From assembly GCA_977862235.1 (NCBI GenBank), contig OZ374557.1:248001-312000 (forward strand): a stretch of 64,000 nt of DNA. The letters are read 5' to 3'. The stretch is from Dudresnaya verticillata (taxonomy: Eukaryota). The notes beneath the pieces were generated by a model, which did no database searches, was not told where the DNA came from, and worked only from the letters and a program-made list of their open reading frames with translations. Of this stretch, positions 12,742-24,631 are shown one piece after another (within the stretch, counting starts at the first letter, position 1; every line of letters begins with the position of its first letter). The position numbers were made by a program, and so were the translations under genes.

Positions 12742-14037
12742 ATGCTGGGGCCCAACCTCTCGAGAAAAGTAACCTCTGTTGAGCGGCATTTTTCATCAAC
12801 TCGGCCAGTACTGTCATGTACCCCTGGAACCACCTATATCTGTTCACTCGTGAAGGACTGGAGGTATTGTGTTGTAAGTAAATACCCATCGGCTGTCCGA
12901 AAAGTCATGCTTGACATTCTTTGTCAATTTGACATCCTCATGCGCCTTCAGGCTGTGGAAGGAGCGGACGGTGAACAGAACGAGCTAATCGGGATACCTT
13001 CACTGCTGCCAAAGGGTTGGGAAGGGTTCTCGTGTGACACAAAGGACGGAGAGAGTGAACTAATTTTGCGAACAGAGTTTGTTGATATCCTTCCGCCAAG
13101 TCTGACAGGGTCACTGATCGCGTACCTTCACCGAACCATTGGAAGAGAGGGGACAAAACCGCCCGGGCTTCGTCAAGATGCCGTCATTCTGACCCTTGTG
13201 GGAGCATGCAGAGTTGTGGTTCGCTTTATTCCAGAAAAGATATGGATCGACTGGACTATAAGGGCGGATGCCGATGAAGCAGTGCAGGTTGCGCACCAGT
13301 GTTTGCGGGGCATGGAAAGTTTTTTGAAGGGGCCATTGCATAGGAGCAATGTAAGCTGGAAAGATTATCTGATCACCGACTGCCCTAAGCAATTGCGCGG
13401 GGGGTGTGGAAGTTCCAGTAGCGTGCGGTTGAGTATACGTCGGAATTGGGTAACAAGTACGCAGTGCCAGCCACTGGATCTAGCGGATGGTACTTGCGTT
13501 TGCGAGCAGCTTTGGACTTTCAAGCGATTGAAGCCGCACATCCTCAAAGGTGCAAGTGTTGGCTCAGGTCCCTGTCCTGTTGACGTGCGACTAGCTGCAA
13601 GACCTTTCGATGTATTTATCAGCCACGCAGGGAGCGAGAAGGGGTGCCTCGCCGTGCCGGTAATTAATGCAATGGGCATAAAGGTCAGTTGTTTCTTAGA
13701 TGAGAAAAGCCTCGAGGTATCCACAAAGACGAATAAGGACCAAATTATGGCTGCAATTCGAGGGAGCAGGGCTGCAATATTCGTACTGTCACCAGAGTTC
13801 CTGGCTCGCAAGTGGCCTATGCTAGAGTTGGAAGAATTCTTCAAACGGATAGATGAGGCGGTTGGAAGAGGCGAAAAACCTGCGTTGATTTTCCCGTTGT
13901 TCTACAAACACTCGGTCGAAGAGTGTCAGAAGGCGATGGATGTTCTCCACGGAGAGAATAATGATCTTTTCAGGAGGAGAGGGTTTTCGCGTACGAACGA
14001 CAGAGTCAATCGCTATCAACGAAAATTGCTGACTTAG
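12742..14037 (+). pseudogene. C-terminal part of a Roco-type protein: COR-like region plus TIR domain (5'-truncated)
   Basis: COR-like LDILCQFDIL..IPSLLP..ILPPSLTGSLIAYLH followed by TIR FDVFISHAGSEK..CFLDEKSL..AIRGSRAAIFVLSPEFLARKWPMLEL. No LRR or ROC GTPase is visible upstream, and a frameshift is likely near 13975. Confidence 0.75.
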
Positions 14038-15636
14038 TCGGGCGTTTAAGCTCGTTTGTTGGTATTCGGAATGACCGCGAAGAGTCAAGCGAGGACTTTG
14101 CTCAACGAGCCGCCATCAAGCTACTTCAGCAATTGGAAAGTCACTAATTGAGTTTGTCCATAGCATACGTTGTCGTTATCGTTGTAAATCGCATCGTTTA
14201 CTGCCGGAAACAATCATTATCCTTGCGCCGCCTTCTCTTCTCAATGGCCCTTCGCCCATCCTTGCGACCGGCTGCTTCTTCCAAGATGCACCTTCTTCAT
14301 TGCTCAACGGACACAAAGCTCTTGCTAGACCGGAACTGGGTAGGGATGCACCTTGTAGTACCGTGCCTGCAAGATTCTTGAAATGGGGAGCTGCGAAGGG
14401 CGTCTGGTGCGGTAGCATAACCCAGAAGTGGTAGGTCACGCCTGGGGCGACCGGATGTCCAGCAACGGTACTAGCTGGTGCAGGAAAAGGCCCGGTCGCA
14501 ATGCCAGCGAAGCCGGCAGCAGCGATTCGCGCGGATTCTTGGGTCATCCGCCGTCATTGCGCTTCGGTTATACAGCTCTTCTACTCGCCGATCGGCGTGG
14601 ATGGCGGGGCAGTTAATCGCTCCACGCAGGGTGGCGAAGGTGTGGAAGGAGCACCGTGTTTTGCTGTAAGTCGATGTCCTGCAGTCCAGCGTTGGTGGTT
14701 TTGCGCGTTTTCATCCGAGGGGTGAACGTGAATCAGCGCATGGTGAGCAGTGTGCGTGACTGGTGGCGTAGGCGGGAGACCAGCGAGCTCGTCTAGTTGT
14801 AGTATAGGTCCTATGTATCACACAGGGAAGGGACTACGGAGAAGAGCGGGAGAGTCTACTAGAGGGCAGTGCCTTGTGCACTGGATGGCGGCGATGGCGA
14901 CAAATGCCAACGGGACGCGAATGGTTTCAGAGGAACTTGAGAATGGGGTTCAAGTTGAATGGGACAAGCGGTCGGAGGAACCAGTCGTAAGGGATCTACT
15001 GACAATGGAGTAACTAAGGGTATTGTAGATAACGCAGACGGCACCCGAGTGATGAAAGACACGGACAGCTCAGTTAGTGTTTGAGATTCGGAAACTTGGA
15101 ATGTCGCGTCCAGGGCTCTCACGGGGCACCGACGCAATGCGGAAAGTGCATCAGCTGAATACGTATGAGCTATAGCCCTGGGCCGAGAATCGCGATATTG
15201 GACCGAGTATCAAATCGGTCCACGAGGCGGAGCCGAGTGGACCAATTTGAGACGAGGTCCAATGAGCGTTCGAAGGGCGGGGCAATAACTTGCTTGTCGC
15301 ACTGGCGAAAAATTGATTCCAGCCTTACCGTAGGTTCCATACCTTCTACCGGGGCTCTTATCTGGTCACGTGTGTCAAAAATGGATCCCGATGCTTTCCT
15401 GGAATGCATTTTTGACCAAGGAGAGCGAGACGTTTCGATTACCATTTTGCCGCGCCCTTCCTCCTTCTTCGAACCCAGCCAAGCCCCAGGTTTCGCACCT
15501 GACACAATCTCAGGTGGAACAACACCACACACAGCGGAAGCTCAAGCACGTCTCGGACAGTATGTCCCAGAGAACACGCAGCGCGCCACCCGTACATCCT
15601 TCCGCTCTTTCTGTGCTTTTTGTCGTGCAAACGTCG

Positions 15637-16324
15637 TGTTGATAACGAAGGGCGCCTCCGGGCCGTTCGGGAGCCCGGTGGGTAGCCGCTAGTAGCGAAC
15701 TGGGTAGAGCAGGTAGAACACGCCTAGGGCGGACTGTAAACACCCAGGGCGAGCGGACGAAAGGGGCAAAGAAACCCAAAAGGAAACACGTTAGCAACGA
15801 GTAGGAACGTGGAAACACGGATAGATAGACGCTTATGCTTCCGGGCAGCGGTAGGGTGCCCGCTGTCGCGGAAGGGAAGTCTAGACCCAAACCGGCTTGC
15901 CGGGGCTTTACTGTTACGTCCTGGACGAGGTACCTAAGTAGTACTATAGAGCCGCGGTGCAGCGGCTGCATGACGTAGCGCGCGGGAGCCCGGGATGCGT
16001 GTCGCACGGAGGTGTGTCTGACACGTCCCGGGAAAATGCAGCCGCTGTGCACCGGCGCGTGCGTCTCACAGGAGCGCGCTCGCACAGCGCGTGTAAGCGA
16101 TCCGGCTTCGGATCGCGATTGACACGTATTACAGCGGATCATGATGTCCGATCTGGATGTCGGATCTCGATGTCGGATCCGGATTCGGGCCAACCCGACG
16201 GTCGACTTCCTTACACCTCGTTGATCCCGATACATCATCCGGATCCGCTCTGCAGCGTTGCGCCGTACAGTGCGTCGGGCGTGCGCTGCGCTGCGTGGCG
16301 GCGCCCGCACGTCCGTAGGCCAAT
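15637..16324. mobile_element. Solo-LTR-like insertion (688 bp) with 5-bp TSD CGTCG
   Basis: Starts TGTTG; CGTCG at 15632-15636 and 16325-16329; excision restores the frame ANV-DDVF. The far end reads CCAAT rather than the canonical CA. Confidence 0.75.
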
Positions 16325-16761
16325 CGTCGATGACGTGTTCGCGCCAACGGCGAATGAGCCGTTTCAGGCGACCGTCCGTCGGTCGCCGAGGCCCTTGACG
16401 CCCATGGCGAGGAGATAAAAGCTCGACCCCCCGTGCGCCACACTTTTTATATAGCCCGTTGCAAGGTTTGGAAACCAGAGAAGGTGAATGAGCTACAAAA
16501 TCCAGCACTGCCCCCGGCGAGACGCAGCAATCTGTTAGAAGAGTGTGTTTCCCTCACTAAACTCTATCTACTTCGCGGAGAGCTGGATGCACCCGGCGTT
16601 TTCAGCCGCTCCCAACTTGAGAGCCTGAATGCCGCTCTCGTGGAATATGTGGCTCATTGCAGGCAACATTCCTCCAAACAAGACCTAGCACCCACTTCCC
16701 TGCGTAGCTGCATTGCATGAATACAGAGAGAAATTCGCGAGGTCTGGAATGTGGAAGTCAG

Positions 16762-17437
16762 TGTGGTGAAGTGAAAGGCACACCTGTAAGGAGAGCTAAT
16801 CAGGCAATCCCAATAAGGAGCGATCTCACACGGCACCGGGGTGGTAGAGCTTAGTTCGTAAACCGAAGGGAGTACCTCGAGCGGCAACACCTGTAAGGAG
16901 TAAAGGGACGCAACAGACAAGGGGGACGGTACAGTGCCAGGACAGCTACACCGGGACGGAGGTAAGAGGAATCCGTGCACGGGGCTGGCGAGGGGAAACC
17001 GTAAAGGAGTATGAGGGTAAGGCTTAGGGTAAGTCACTTTGCCCAGGGTTGCGTACCCGTTTACTGTAGGACTCGCGGTGGTCACCCATTAATATACTGG
17101 GAGATACGCCCCGCGGTCCGGTCCGTGTGGGCCAGACCCCAATGGGTCTGGTCCACCAGGTGGGTCCGGCCCTACTGGTCCCGGTCACCATTTCGGACAT
17201 GCTCGGCATTCTCATTGGCCGGCTGACACTACGTACTGTACAGCATGATTATAATTACCTAATTACAAATAAATCAACTACTTGGCTCCTATTGGTGGTG
17301 CGCGCAGACTCCAGCAGGGCATACAGTGCTACTGTGTCACTGCACTCCGCTTCGGCTTTTTGGCGCCAGCTCACCGGTGCGCCGGCCGCGGGTCGGCTCA
17401 ACCGTCGTCCGCACTCCGAAACGGCCGCTTCACCACA
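16762..17437. mobile_element. Solo LTR (676 bp) with 5-bp TSD GTCAG
   Basis: TGTGGTGAAG...CTTCACCACA perfect 10-bp terminal inverted repeat; GTCAG at 16757-16761 and 17438-17442; excision restores VEVS-IMSG; related to the LTR starting at 63751. Confidence 0.92.
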
Positions 17438-20400
17438 GTCAGTATCATGTCGGGACCAACTTTTGGTAATCGGGAGAATGGTGTGAGGACAGTTCTAGAT
17501 AACAAGATCCGGTCTCTGCAGGGCAACAGAATGACGCGCAAAAGTCACAACGTCTGCTCGCCTTCAGATATCAAGAAACTGCATAGCTCCACTGCACTTT
17601 CCAAGTCGCACCCAAAAGGCTTCATCACACGCATGATTTTCAACATCGCGTTCCTAACAGCATTCAGGCCTTCCGAATTGTCCAGCCTAAAGCTTGAAGA
17701 TGTGAAAAAGGTCAATGCTGGAGGCAAGACAGCTTGGCGGATTGTGGGTAGGATCGGTGGGCAGGATGGATCGTCGAGAAATCGGAGAGGGGGACTGCAA
17801 GCCGTGAACGAAAAAACACCAGAGATATACATCTGGGACCAAACCCGGGTAGGCGGCCTCGTCAACGTTTACAAAGATATTGAAGAGTATGTGGAAATAG
17901 TGCGCTCATTTCGAGGAGGAGATCAGAAGTTTTTTGCTGCAGTTAATCATCGTCAGAATGATAAGCAAAAGTTTTTTTAAGAACTGCAACTTGGGGCGGA
18001 ACTCATTCCGTACCTACATGCAGGATGCATGTCGGTAATGTGGTGTTCTTGGATCTGGAGGAAAGGACCATATGGTGTTGCATGGTTTAAGAGGGACTGC
18101 AATAACAAGAATGTTTGAGGGAGGTCATGCGGACGCTTCCGTCGCATTGCGCAGTGGTCATCGAGACCATCGCTCATTCGCCGCGTATCAGAATCTGCAG
18201 GGAAAACTAGGGATGCAACAACAAATGGACATTTTGGGGGGCGAGTCTAGTACTATTGATGACCGTGGTATGAAGAAAATCAAGATGGACGTCGTTGGAA
18301 GCGATAAGGAGAATGACAGCTCTCCCAAGAATGCTGGGGCTATGCTACAATCTGTGGAAGGGAGTGTTTCGGGTGCAGCTGGACACCCGCAGTTCTCTTT
18401 TGGCTCGGTGACTGGGAACGTTTCTGTTCACGTCAATTACTATGGCACGCAAGGACCGTCAAGTTCGGGCATTGACATCAGGTCGCGGGATGTTCCTGAG
18501 GACGGCCGGCAGAACGTCCGCATCTAACTTGGCCGATCGGTCCTGGCCACAGTAGCTGGAGACAGAATAAATCTTGCGTAGTGCTCGTGATATTACAGGT
18601 TGCACTCAGTGCTGATATATCCCATATCAGCACTGCCCCTTAGTGCGATATCGGATTTCGCCTTGCCCCACAGTGCAACAATGATGGAACACTTTTGTTC
18701 TGTCTGTGGTAGCTGGAATGATTCAACTATGGGATGCTGAAAGAAATATGTTCGAGTCTGAATCCTGGGTCATGAGTGAAATGTTTGCTGAATTCTGAGC
18801 GCAGGAGCAGCAGTCTTCAGTTTTAGCCGTTCGCCTAGATAGTGCGCGTGTAGTGAAGTGCAGAGACTGGATAGGAAAGGTTCTGCCTGATTGTGATAGG
18901 AAGCACTGCTCATCTTACCTTTCAGTAATTGCTTCTCATCGCCGTAGACCTACTGTGATTCCTCTTGCGTGCATTACTGTATCTCTGCTCTAAGATTTAC
19001 TTATGCTATTATTGCCGTCTCCCTTATGTTTATCCTAGTGTACTATTAGTACCGTGCGCACCGAGCCTGAATAGCTGGAAGGCTCAGAGAGGGGAGGCCC
19101 AATGGAGAGATGGAAACGAACCCCGGGCATCGTGAGCAAAGCAGTGAGAACCGTGACGACGCAATATTGTGATTGTCAGCGAAAGCAATCGTCAGTCAGC
19201 TTTCGCGGGCTGTTGCGGGGAGGCCAATCCAGTCGGGGTGGTGGTGGTGGGAAGGTCTCGTGCGATCAGATTGTCGTGGTTGCTTCTCTCGGTGGTGGAT
19301 GAATGTGTGGATGAGTTGGGCTCCTAGCCCGGCAGCAGCGTGCAAGCGCGGAGTGTCAGACCAGCATGGCTATCCGGGACGCAGCGAACTCGCTGTGGAC
19401 GTGCATGTAGCACGTTGAGATAAGCATTGATGCATGGGGACACACTACAGTCGCGTTGGCACATAATATGTTGTTTGGCTAGCCTGGGGCTATGTCCAGA
19501 TGTGGCAAACTAGAGAAGTAGGAGGACGAGAAGGCATGTGCGGTCGGAGGAAGAAAGTGCGGGTCTATTGTGTGCAGGTGGGTGGGAGTAGGTGGGCATC
19601 TTGGCATGCACGTAGCGTGGGTTGGGTTGCGAAGTCGGCGGTGACAGGCGTTGAGAGATGAGACATTCTAAGAATGCGATGACGTGGGCGAGACTTGTTC
19701 TTGGTTACCAGTCGACGCGTTTCGAGGACGGCGCAGAACATGGAATCAGACGCGTCTGGTCCCCCGATGAGCCACCGCCCTGCGGCCAGCCCCAGCGCAC
19801 CAGTCGTGACTTCTTTCACATAGAGAAAGGCGTACGATGGGCACCGGCGCATTGCGCTATGTGTGCAAGTGAATGAACGGAGAGGCCAGGCTGGGGAAGA
19901 GTCGTGAGCAGTGAATGCTTTTGATTTGTTTCCACTGTTGTGGAAACGTTCTGTACACGTTCCACAATTGGGCCTAGCAGTGCGTGGTTGCATCGGCATT
20001 TCGCGAACTGCAGCTCCAAATCCGCGCAGCTGTTCAGTCCTGTTGGCAGATAACTAGACCTTCACTATCAAACCTGCGAACAAGTTTTTCGCCAGTTGTT
20101 GGCCAGTTGAACTGGGAATGAATAAGAGCGGTGGTCCGGGATATTTCTTTGCAAATAACAAAGTACAGAGAGGGGTTGGTTTGTGGCCACTCAAGCAAAT
20201 GATGAATGTGGTACAGTGATGCCGTTTTCTTCGCGTGTTTTTCTCCCAACCTCTCCTGGCGGCATGTTCACCGGCACAGTTCGCCTGTGCCTTTCGTACC
20301 AGCCCTCACCCTCTCCACGTATAGCCTGAAAGAGATATTGTAGCTGGGAGGAAGTCAGGAGCGAGCCTTTCCCGCCGGCCATGTTCCTGACCAGCAGCCT

Positions 20401-21489
20401 TTCTGGTGATCTTGACCCACACGTCTGGGGGGAAAGGTTTCTTTTCCACGCCTTGATGGAAACCTGTACAGTATTGTGTTACTGTACTGATAATATTTTC
20501 CTGCTCTGAACAGACACGCGAGAACAATATCTGTTTGGAAGCTGGCACGAGATCTGCAGCATGCGTACCTGTAAAGCTCTACCGATTCCGTGCGCATAAA
20601 AAAGTGTTACAAAGCCGGGATAGAACTATTGGAATAACAGGGGACGGGTGAAGGAGGGAGGGGAAGGGGGGAGAGAGGGAGGTGTATGATTAAGGAGGGG
20701 GTGGGCTGCAGAGGAATAAAGGAAATAGCAAGTTCACGTGAGAACGGCTTTTTGACTAAGTGCAGTGCCGTTTCGCGCCGTCGGCCTATACGAGCCTAGA
20801 ACGCCACTGCCAGTTGGACCCGGCGGCCTATGCGAGCCCACAGGGCCCCCCGCCGGGAGTTCGGGCATCGGCATCGGGACAGCGCGGCAAGAAGTTGCAA
20901 GAAGCCTGCAACGAAGGCAATGTAGTAGTGTAATGCGAAATGCTTACTGTCGATGCCTTACTGTGGTGGACCACGGAGCCCGTGGAACAATACTGTGGCG
21001 GGGTAACGCTTGTAACGCATCTGTGACAGACACCCAAAGCACACGCGCGCGCCGGCGGCGGTTGCAGTTGAGTCGTAGGGGGTGGGTGCTGGCTGGGCTG
21101 CTGCTGCTGCTGGCTTCGCTGCAGGACGGCACCAAGAACCCAGACCGAAGTTGAACTTCTAGCTTTCCAATCCTTCCCCTCCTGCCTCTCCTGTTAAATA
21201 AATGTTGATGTAGACGTAGGATACCATTTTTTTAACGGAACACAGCTCTTCGAACGGCTGTCGTAGAGATGATGTACTAATATACGATGTTATGTCGCCA
21301 ACGACGCAGTAGCCTACACCTCAATATTTACAAAAATGCAGAGTTGAGATGGTGGTCTGGCAACTTAGCACGACTATCATGCAGAAGCGAAGCGAACGAG
21401 CGAAGTGAGCAGTAGGAGTAGCAAAGTGAGCAAAGACGAGATGAGCTGCGACAAAAATTCTAATTCTAATTTAGCAAGCTGGGGAGCAC

Positions 21490-21693
21490 CGTCGACAGAC
21501 TTGCCGTCGGCCTACACGGGCTCAATACAGGCCCGACGGTCCGAATAGAGTTTCTACCCGACGGTATACCGTGATCAGCCGGCGGGGTCCTAAAATATAA
21601 CGTACCCGACGGTGTTTGCGGTTTGAGCCGTCGGGTCCCCGACGGTTATTGCGGTTCGAGCTGTCGGCCTTCCAAGCCTCTAGGCCTGCAGTG
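21490..21693. mobile_element. Right terminus of a CACTA/EnSpm-like element (CACTG end with subterminal repeats)
   Basis: About 7 direct and inverted CCGACGG/CCGTCGG copies in 170 bp, ending in ...GCCTGCAGTG (reverse complement CACTGCAGGC); related motifs at about 20777-20835. No matching left end found. Confidence 0.6.
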
Positions 21694-21739
21694 CTGTGGT
21701 GAAAAACAACAGCAATTCGCCGCCGTTTCCATCATTGCC

Positions 21740-22260
21740 CCCATAACTGTACATAATAAACAGGTTCTTGACTCTTGATGAACACAGTTTAATTATTCTT
21801 CGCTAATGAAGTACAAACATTCCATACACACTTTACAAGACTTGAAAAGATGGAAAGATGCTCTATATTTATTAAACACTACAATTGCTATTTTTAGGAG
21901 TTACATGCATCTGAAAGCGTGTTCCAATTTATTAAACATTCAATTCGAATTTTCTGTGAATAATTCATGCAAACATTCTCTACCAATATTTAAACATTCT
22001 TGTTGTAGTTCCACTGAATAAAAGCAGACAGCCTCTTCAAAAATCATAAACTTGCATTTACGAATCTTCCAAACACCACAATTCACCAAGCGATGCTTTT
22101 GCAACAGAAAACATTCAACAACACTGTATTTGTGTTTAAGACACGAGAATGGCTTCTCAAACATATTAAACATTGCAGTAATTTCTGAATGAATTAGAAA
22201 CGCAATTAGTTAATCGCATTGAGTACTAATCGCAATGAGTATGCAGTTTGAAATGGATAA
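21740..22260. repeat. AT-rich tract with recurring (T)TAAACA(T/C)T motifs
   Basis: ATTAAACACT about 21871, ATTAAACATT about 21931, TTTAAACATT about 21989, ATTAAACATT about 22165; sharp drop in GC. Confidence 0.5.
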
Positions 22261-22665
22261 AGATAACCGCCACCTGTATCAGTTGAAGCAAAAACCGGTT
22301 GGTGAATTTACCTTTGTCTACCAAAAGGAAGTTAGTTGTTGGTACAGTAGCTATGAATCCTAAGTGGTACAAACCCCAATGTTTACCTTACGAGGCATGG
22401 CTTTCTACACTACAAACTACATTACCTAATTACTTTGCCTTTCGCGTACAAGAGCAGAGCACACGAGCAGAGCACACAAGACCAGAAGCACAGAACACTC
22501 ACCGGGGAAGAGGGATGAACCGTGTGGACATCTGTCACACAATATACATCAGTAGTCGCCGCAGTAAAACGACTTGGGCACGTCTTGGCTGTTCTGATGT
22601 TTTCATGGATACGAAGAAATGTACGACCATGAACGTTTCAGTTTCATTAATCGAAGGGAATTCCC

Positions 22666-24354
22666 TTACTCCGATGAATTTTGGGATGTGTCTGTTAGAG
22701 CAGCGCGACGCAACATTCGTTTTCCAGTCCGTCTAACCATCGAGTATTGATTAGAAGTTACGGTATCCCCTGTGACACTCCTACCGTGTCCAGATGCATG
22801 GAGCACTTCCCTTGTTCGTTTCGCGGGTAGGGCGACTGGGCAGACCATGTTGTTCTCTTTGTCATGCCTGATCTCCTCCAAGTACCTATCGAGTGCTTCT
22901 TCTCCAATAATTCGATCGGGTAGGTGTTTACGAATCATCTTAATTGTCTCCATGACTTTCCTCGCCCTACAACTAACAGAAACGATATCTGTCTTCAATC
23001 CCTTCACCTACAGCCCGCCCAATGTCCTGCAACGGGAGAGTCCAACGTAGACATTCCCGTTTGGTTTCCGCTGCGTCTCCCCAGTGAAGTCAATGGCAAC
23101 AGCATCCAAACCTATACCCTGACTTCTATGGATCGTCATGGCATATGCAACTAGTACTGGAATTTGTACTCTAGTGCCTATGACGCGCAGATCATTGCCG
23201 TGAACCTGGAACCCAACCGCCTTGACATTAATAACATCAACCGCATGTATACGATCACCCTCACCCTCAGCTCTCCATGACTCCAATGTTACTATCACAT
23301 CCTGGATTTTTCCCTGTCCACCACCGGAGCCAAAGCCTCCAACCTTCCAACGAGTTCCAGGGTTGTGTTCACCGCATTTTCTCGTCAGAATCACTGTGCA
23401 ACCAATTTTCAGCTCAACTACTACGCTAGCCATCATGTCAAGGCGGCGTTGAAGCGCCTGCACATTGCAGGATGAAATGATGCTATCTCTCCCTTCGAAA
23501 CGCACTAGCTCACCAGGCAGTCTTGCGAGTCGTTCTTTGTTGATCTTGGCAACCTGGTACCTTCGAAGACAGAGGCGCGTGTGACCAGCGGGAGGTTCCA
23601 TTTTAGAATTTGCGCTCGTCCGGTTAAGCGTGCTGCAGTCCTCTTCCGTCACTCCTCCGTACCTAATCCTGCGAAGCATTCGATAAAACTCGGTATCATT
23701 TGATTGTCGGTGGTTTCCATCCAGAATCCCAACGACACCGTCTCCATACGCTGTGAATGTTAGGAACTAAACTCGCGACTCGAAAAACGTTTGATACAAA
23801 CAACTCCCGTCACATACATCTATCGGTTCAAGTTGAAATGGATCGCCCGCGACTACCAGTTGACACCCGCCTAATGGCCGGGCACCCTCCTCTTCCGACG
23901 CAGTAAGCTTTCTCAGAACGAAGTCAATGGCTTCAATCTCGTTCTTCCTTATCATGGAAACTTCATCTATGATGAGAACCCGAATATCTCGCAACCGTCG
24001 TATCTTCGCCGGAAAATCTTTCAGCGACTTCCATAGAAGATCTTTAGTCCATGCAGGCCATCCGGCTTTGGTACCAAAAAGCGAGTGAAGTGTACAGCCT
24101 CCGATCCTTGTGGCAGCCTCATTTGTAAAAGCGCTGACTGCCACCCCTATTGCGCCTCCAGCAGCACTTGAAGCACGTTTAACCATTTCTTGAAGCAAGA
24201 ATGTTTTCCCCGATCCTGCTCCACCAATTATTGCCACACTTCTCCTAGCCATGAACGCATAGAGTATCTTGTTCTGCGTAGCATCGAGTAGTTGGCCATG
24301 GCCGCAATCAGAGTCATCCCCAGACCTAATTGGGTTAACCCCAAACGCTTGCAT
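22666..24354 (-). pseudogene. PIF1: PIF1-family 5'-3' DNA helicase with two in-frame TAG stops
   Basis: GGAGSGKT, GGCTLHSLFG, LIIDEVSMI, GGCQLVVAGDPFQLEP, NHRQSND, RVQIPVLVAYAMTIHRSQG and YVGLSR. ORFs 23767-24354, 23008-23679 and 22666-23007 share one frame, separated by TAG at 23767 and 23008. Confidence 0.92.
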
Positions 24355-24631
24355 TCTTTGGAAATAACATGATTGGCCTGAGAGGATCCTTGAATACGAC
24401 TAGGAGAGTCAAAGCACAAGGTCGCCCTGACTATGGTGGCAGACAAATTTCATCATCTCTCTTCCATGCACGAAGGATTGCCATGGATGACACATGTACC
24501 GAAAATAGTAATACTCCATTTGGCGCGAAAATTAGTGTCTTGTAGGACTTGAGAGAGAGGACAGTACGTGCTGAGTGTAATTCGAGATACAAGGGTGCAA
24601 AAAGGAAATTCATAATTTGTGAACACAAAGC

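Larger units (their letters stand above)
15381..18527 (+). pseudogene. Tyrosine recombinase (Crypton/DUF3504-like), disrupted
   Basis: After removing the two insertions: VPENTQRAT..FCRANVDDVF..LNAALVEYVAHCRQ..APTSLRSCIA*IQR..VEVSIMSGPTF..FLTAFRPSEL..HGLRGTAIT..RSGHRD..SFAAYQ, giving the R / HxxR / GH / Y catalytic set. One stop and several frameshifts. Confidence 0.85.
15165..18680 (+). mobile_element. Crypton-like tyrosine-recombinase DNA transposon carrying two nested solo LTRs
   Basis: Single YR gene with no RT; palindromic structures at both ends (15197-15263 and 18600-18678). Outer limits are approximate. Confidence 0.7.

Noticed and set aside
15510..16508. 332-aa minus-strand ORF
   Set aside because: It spans a solo-LTR insertion and its junctions, so it is a chance ORF.
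22666..24354. Helitron call based on the PIF1 helicase
   Set aside because: No Rep/HUH motifs and no CTRR-hairpin terminus were seen near the gene.
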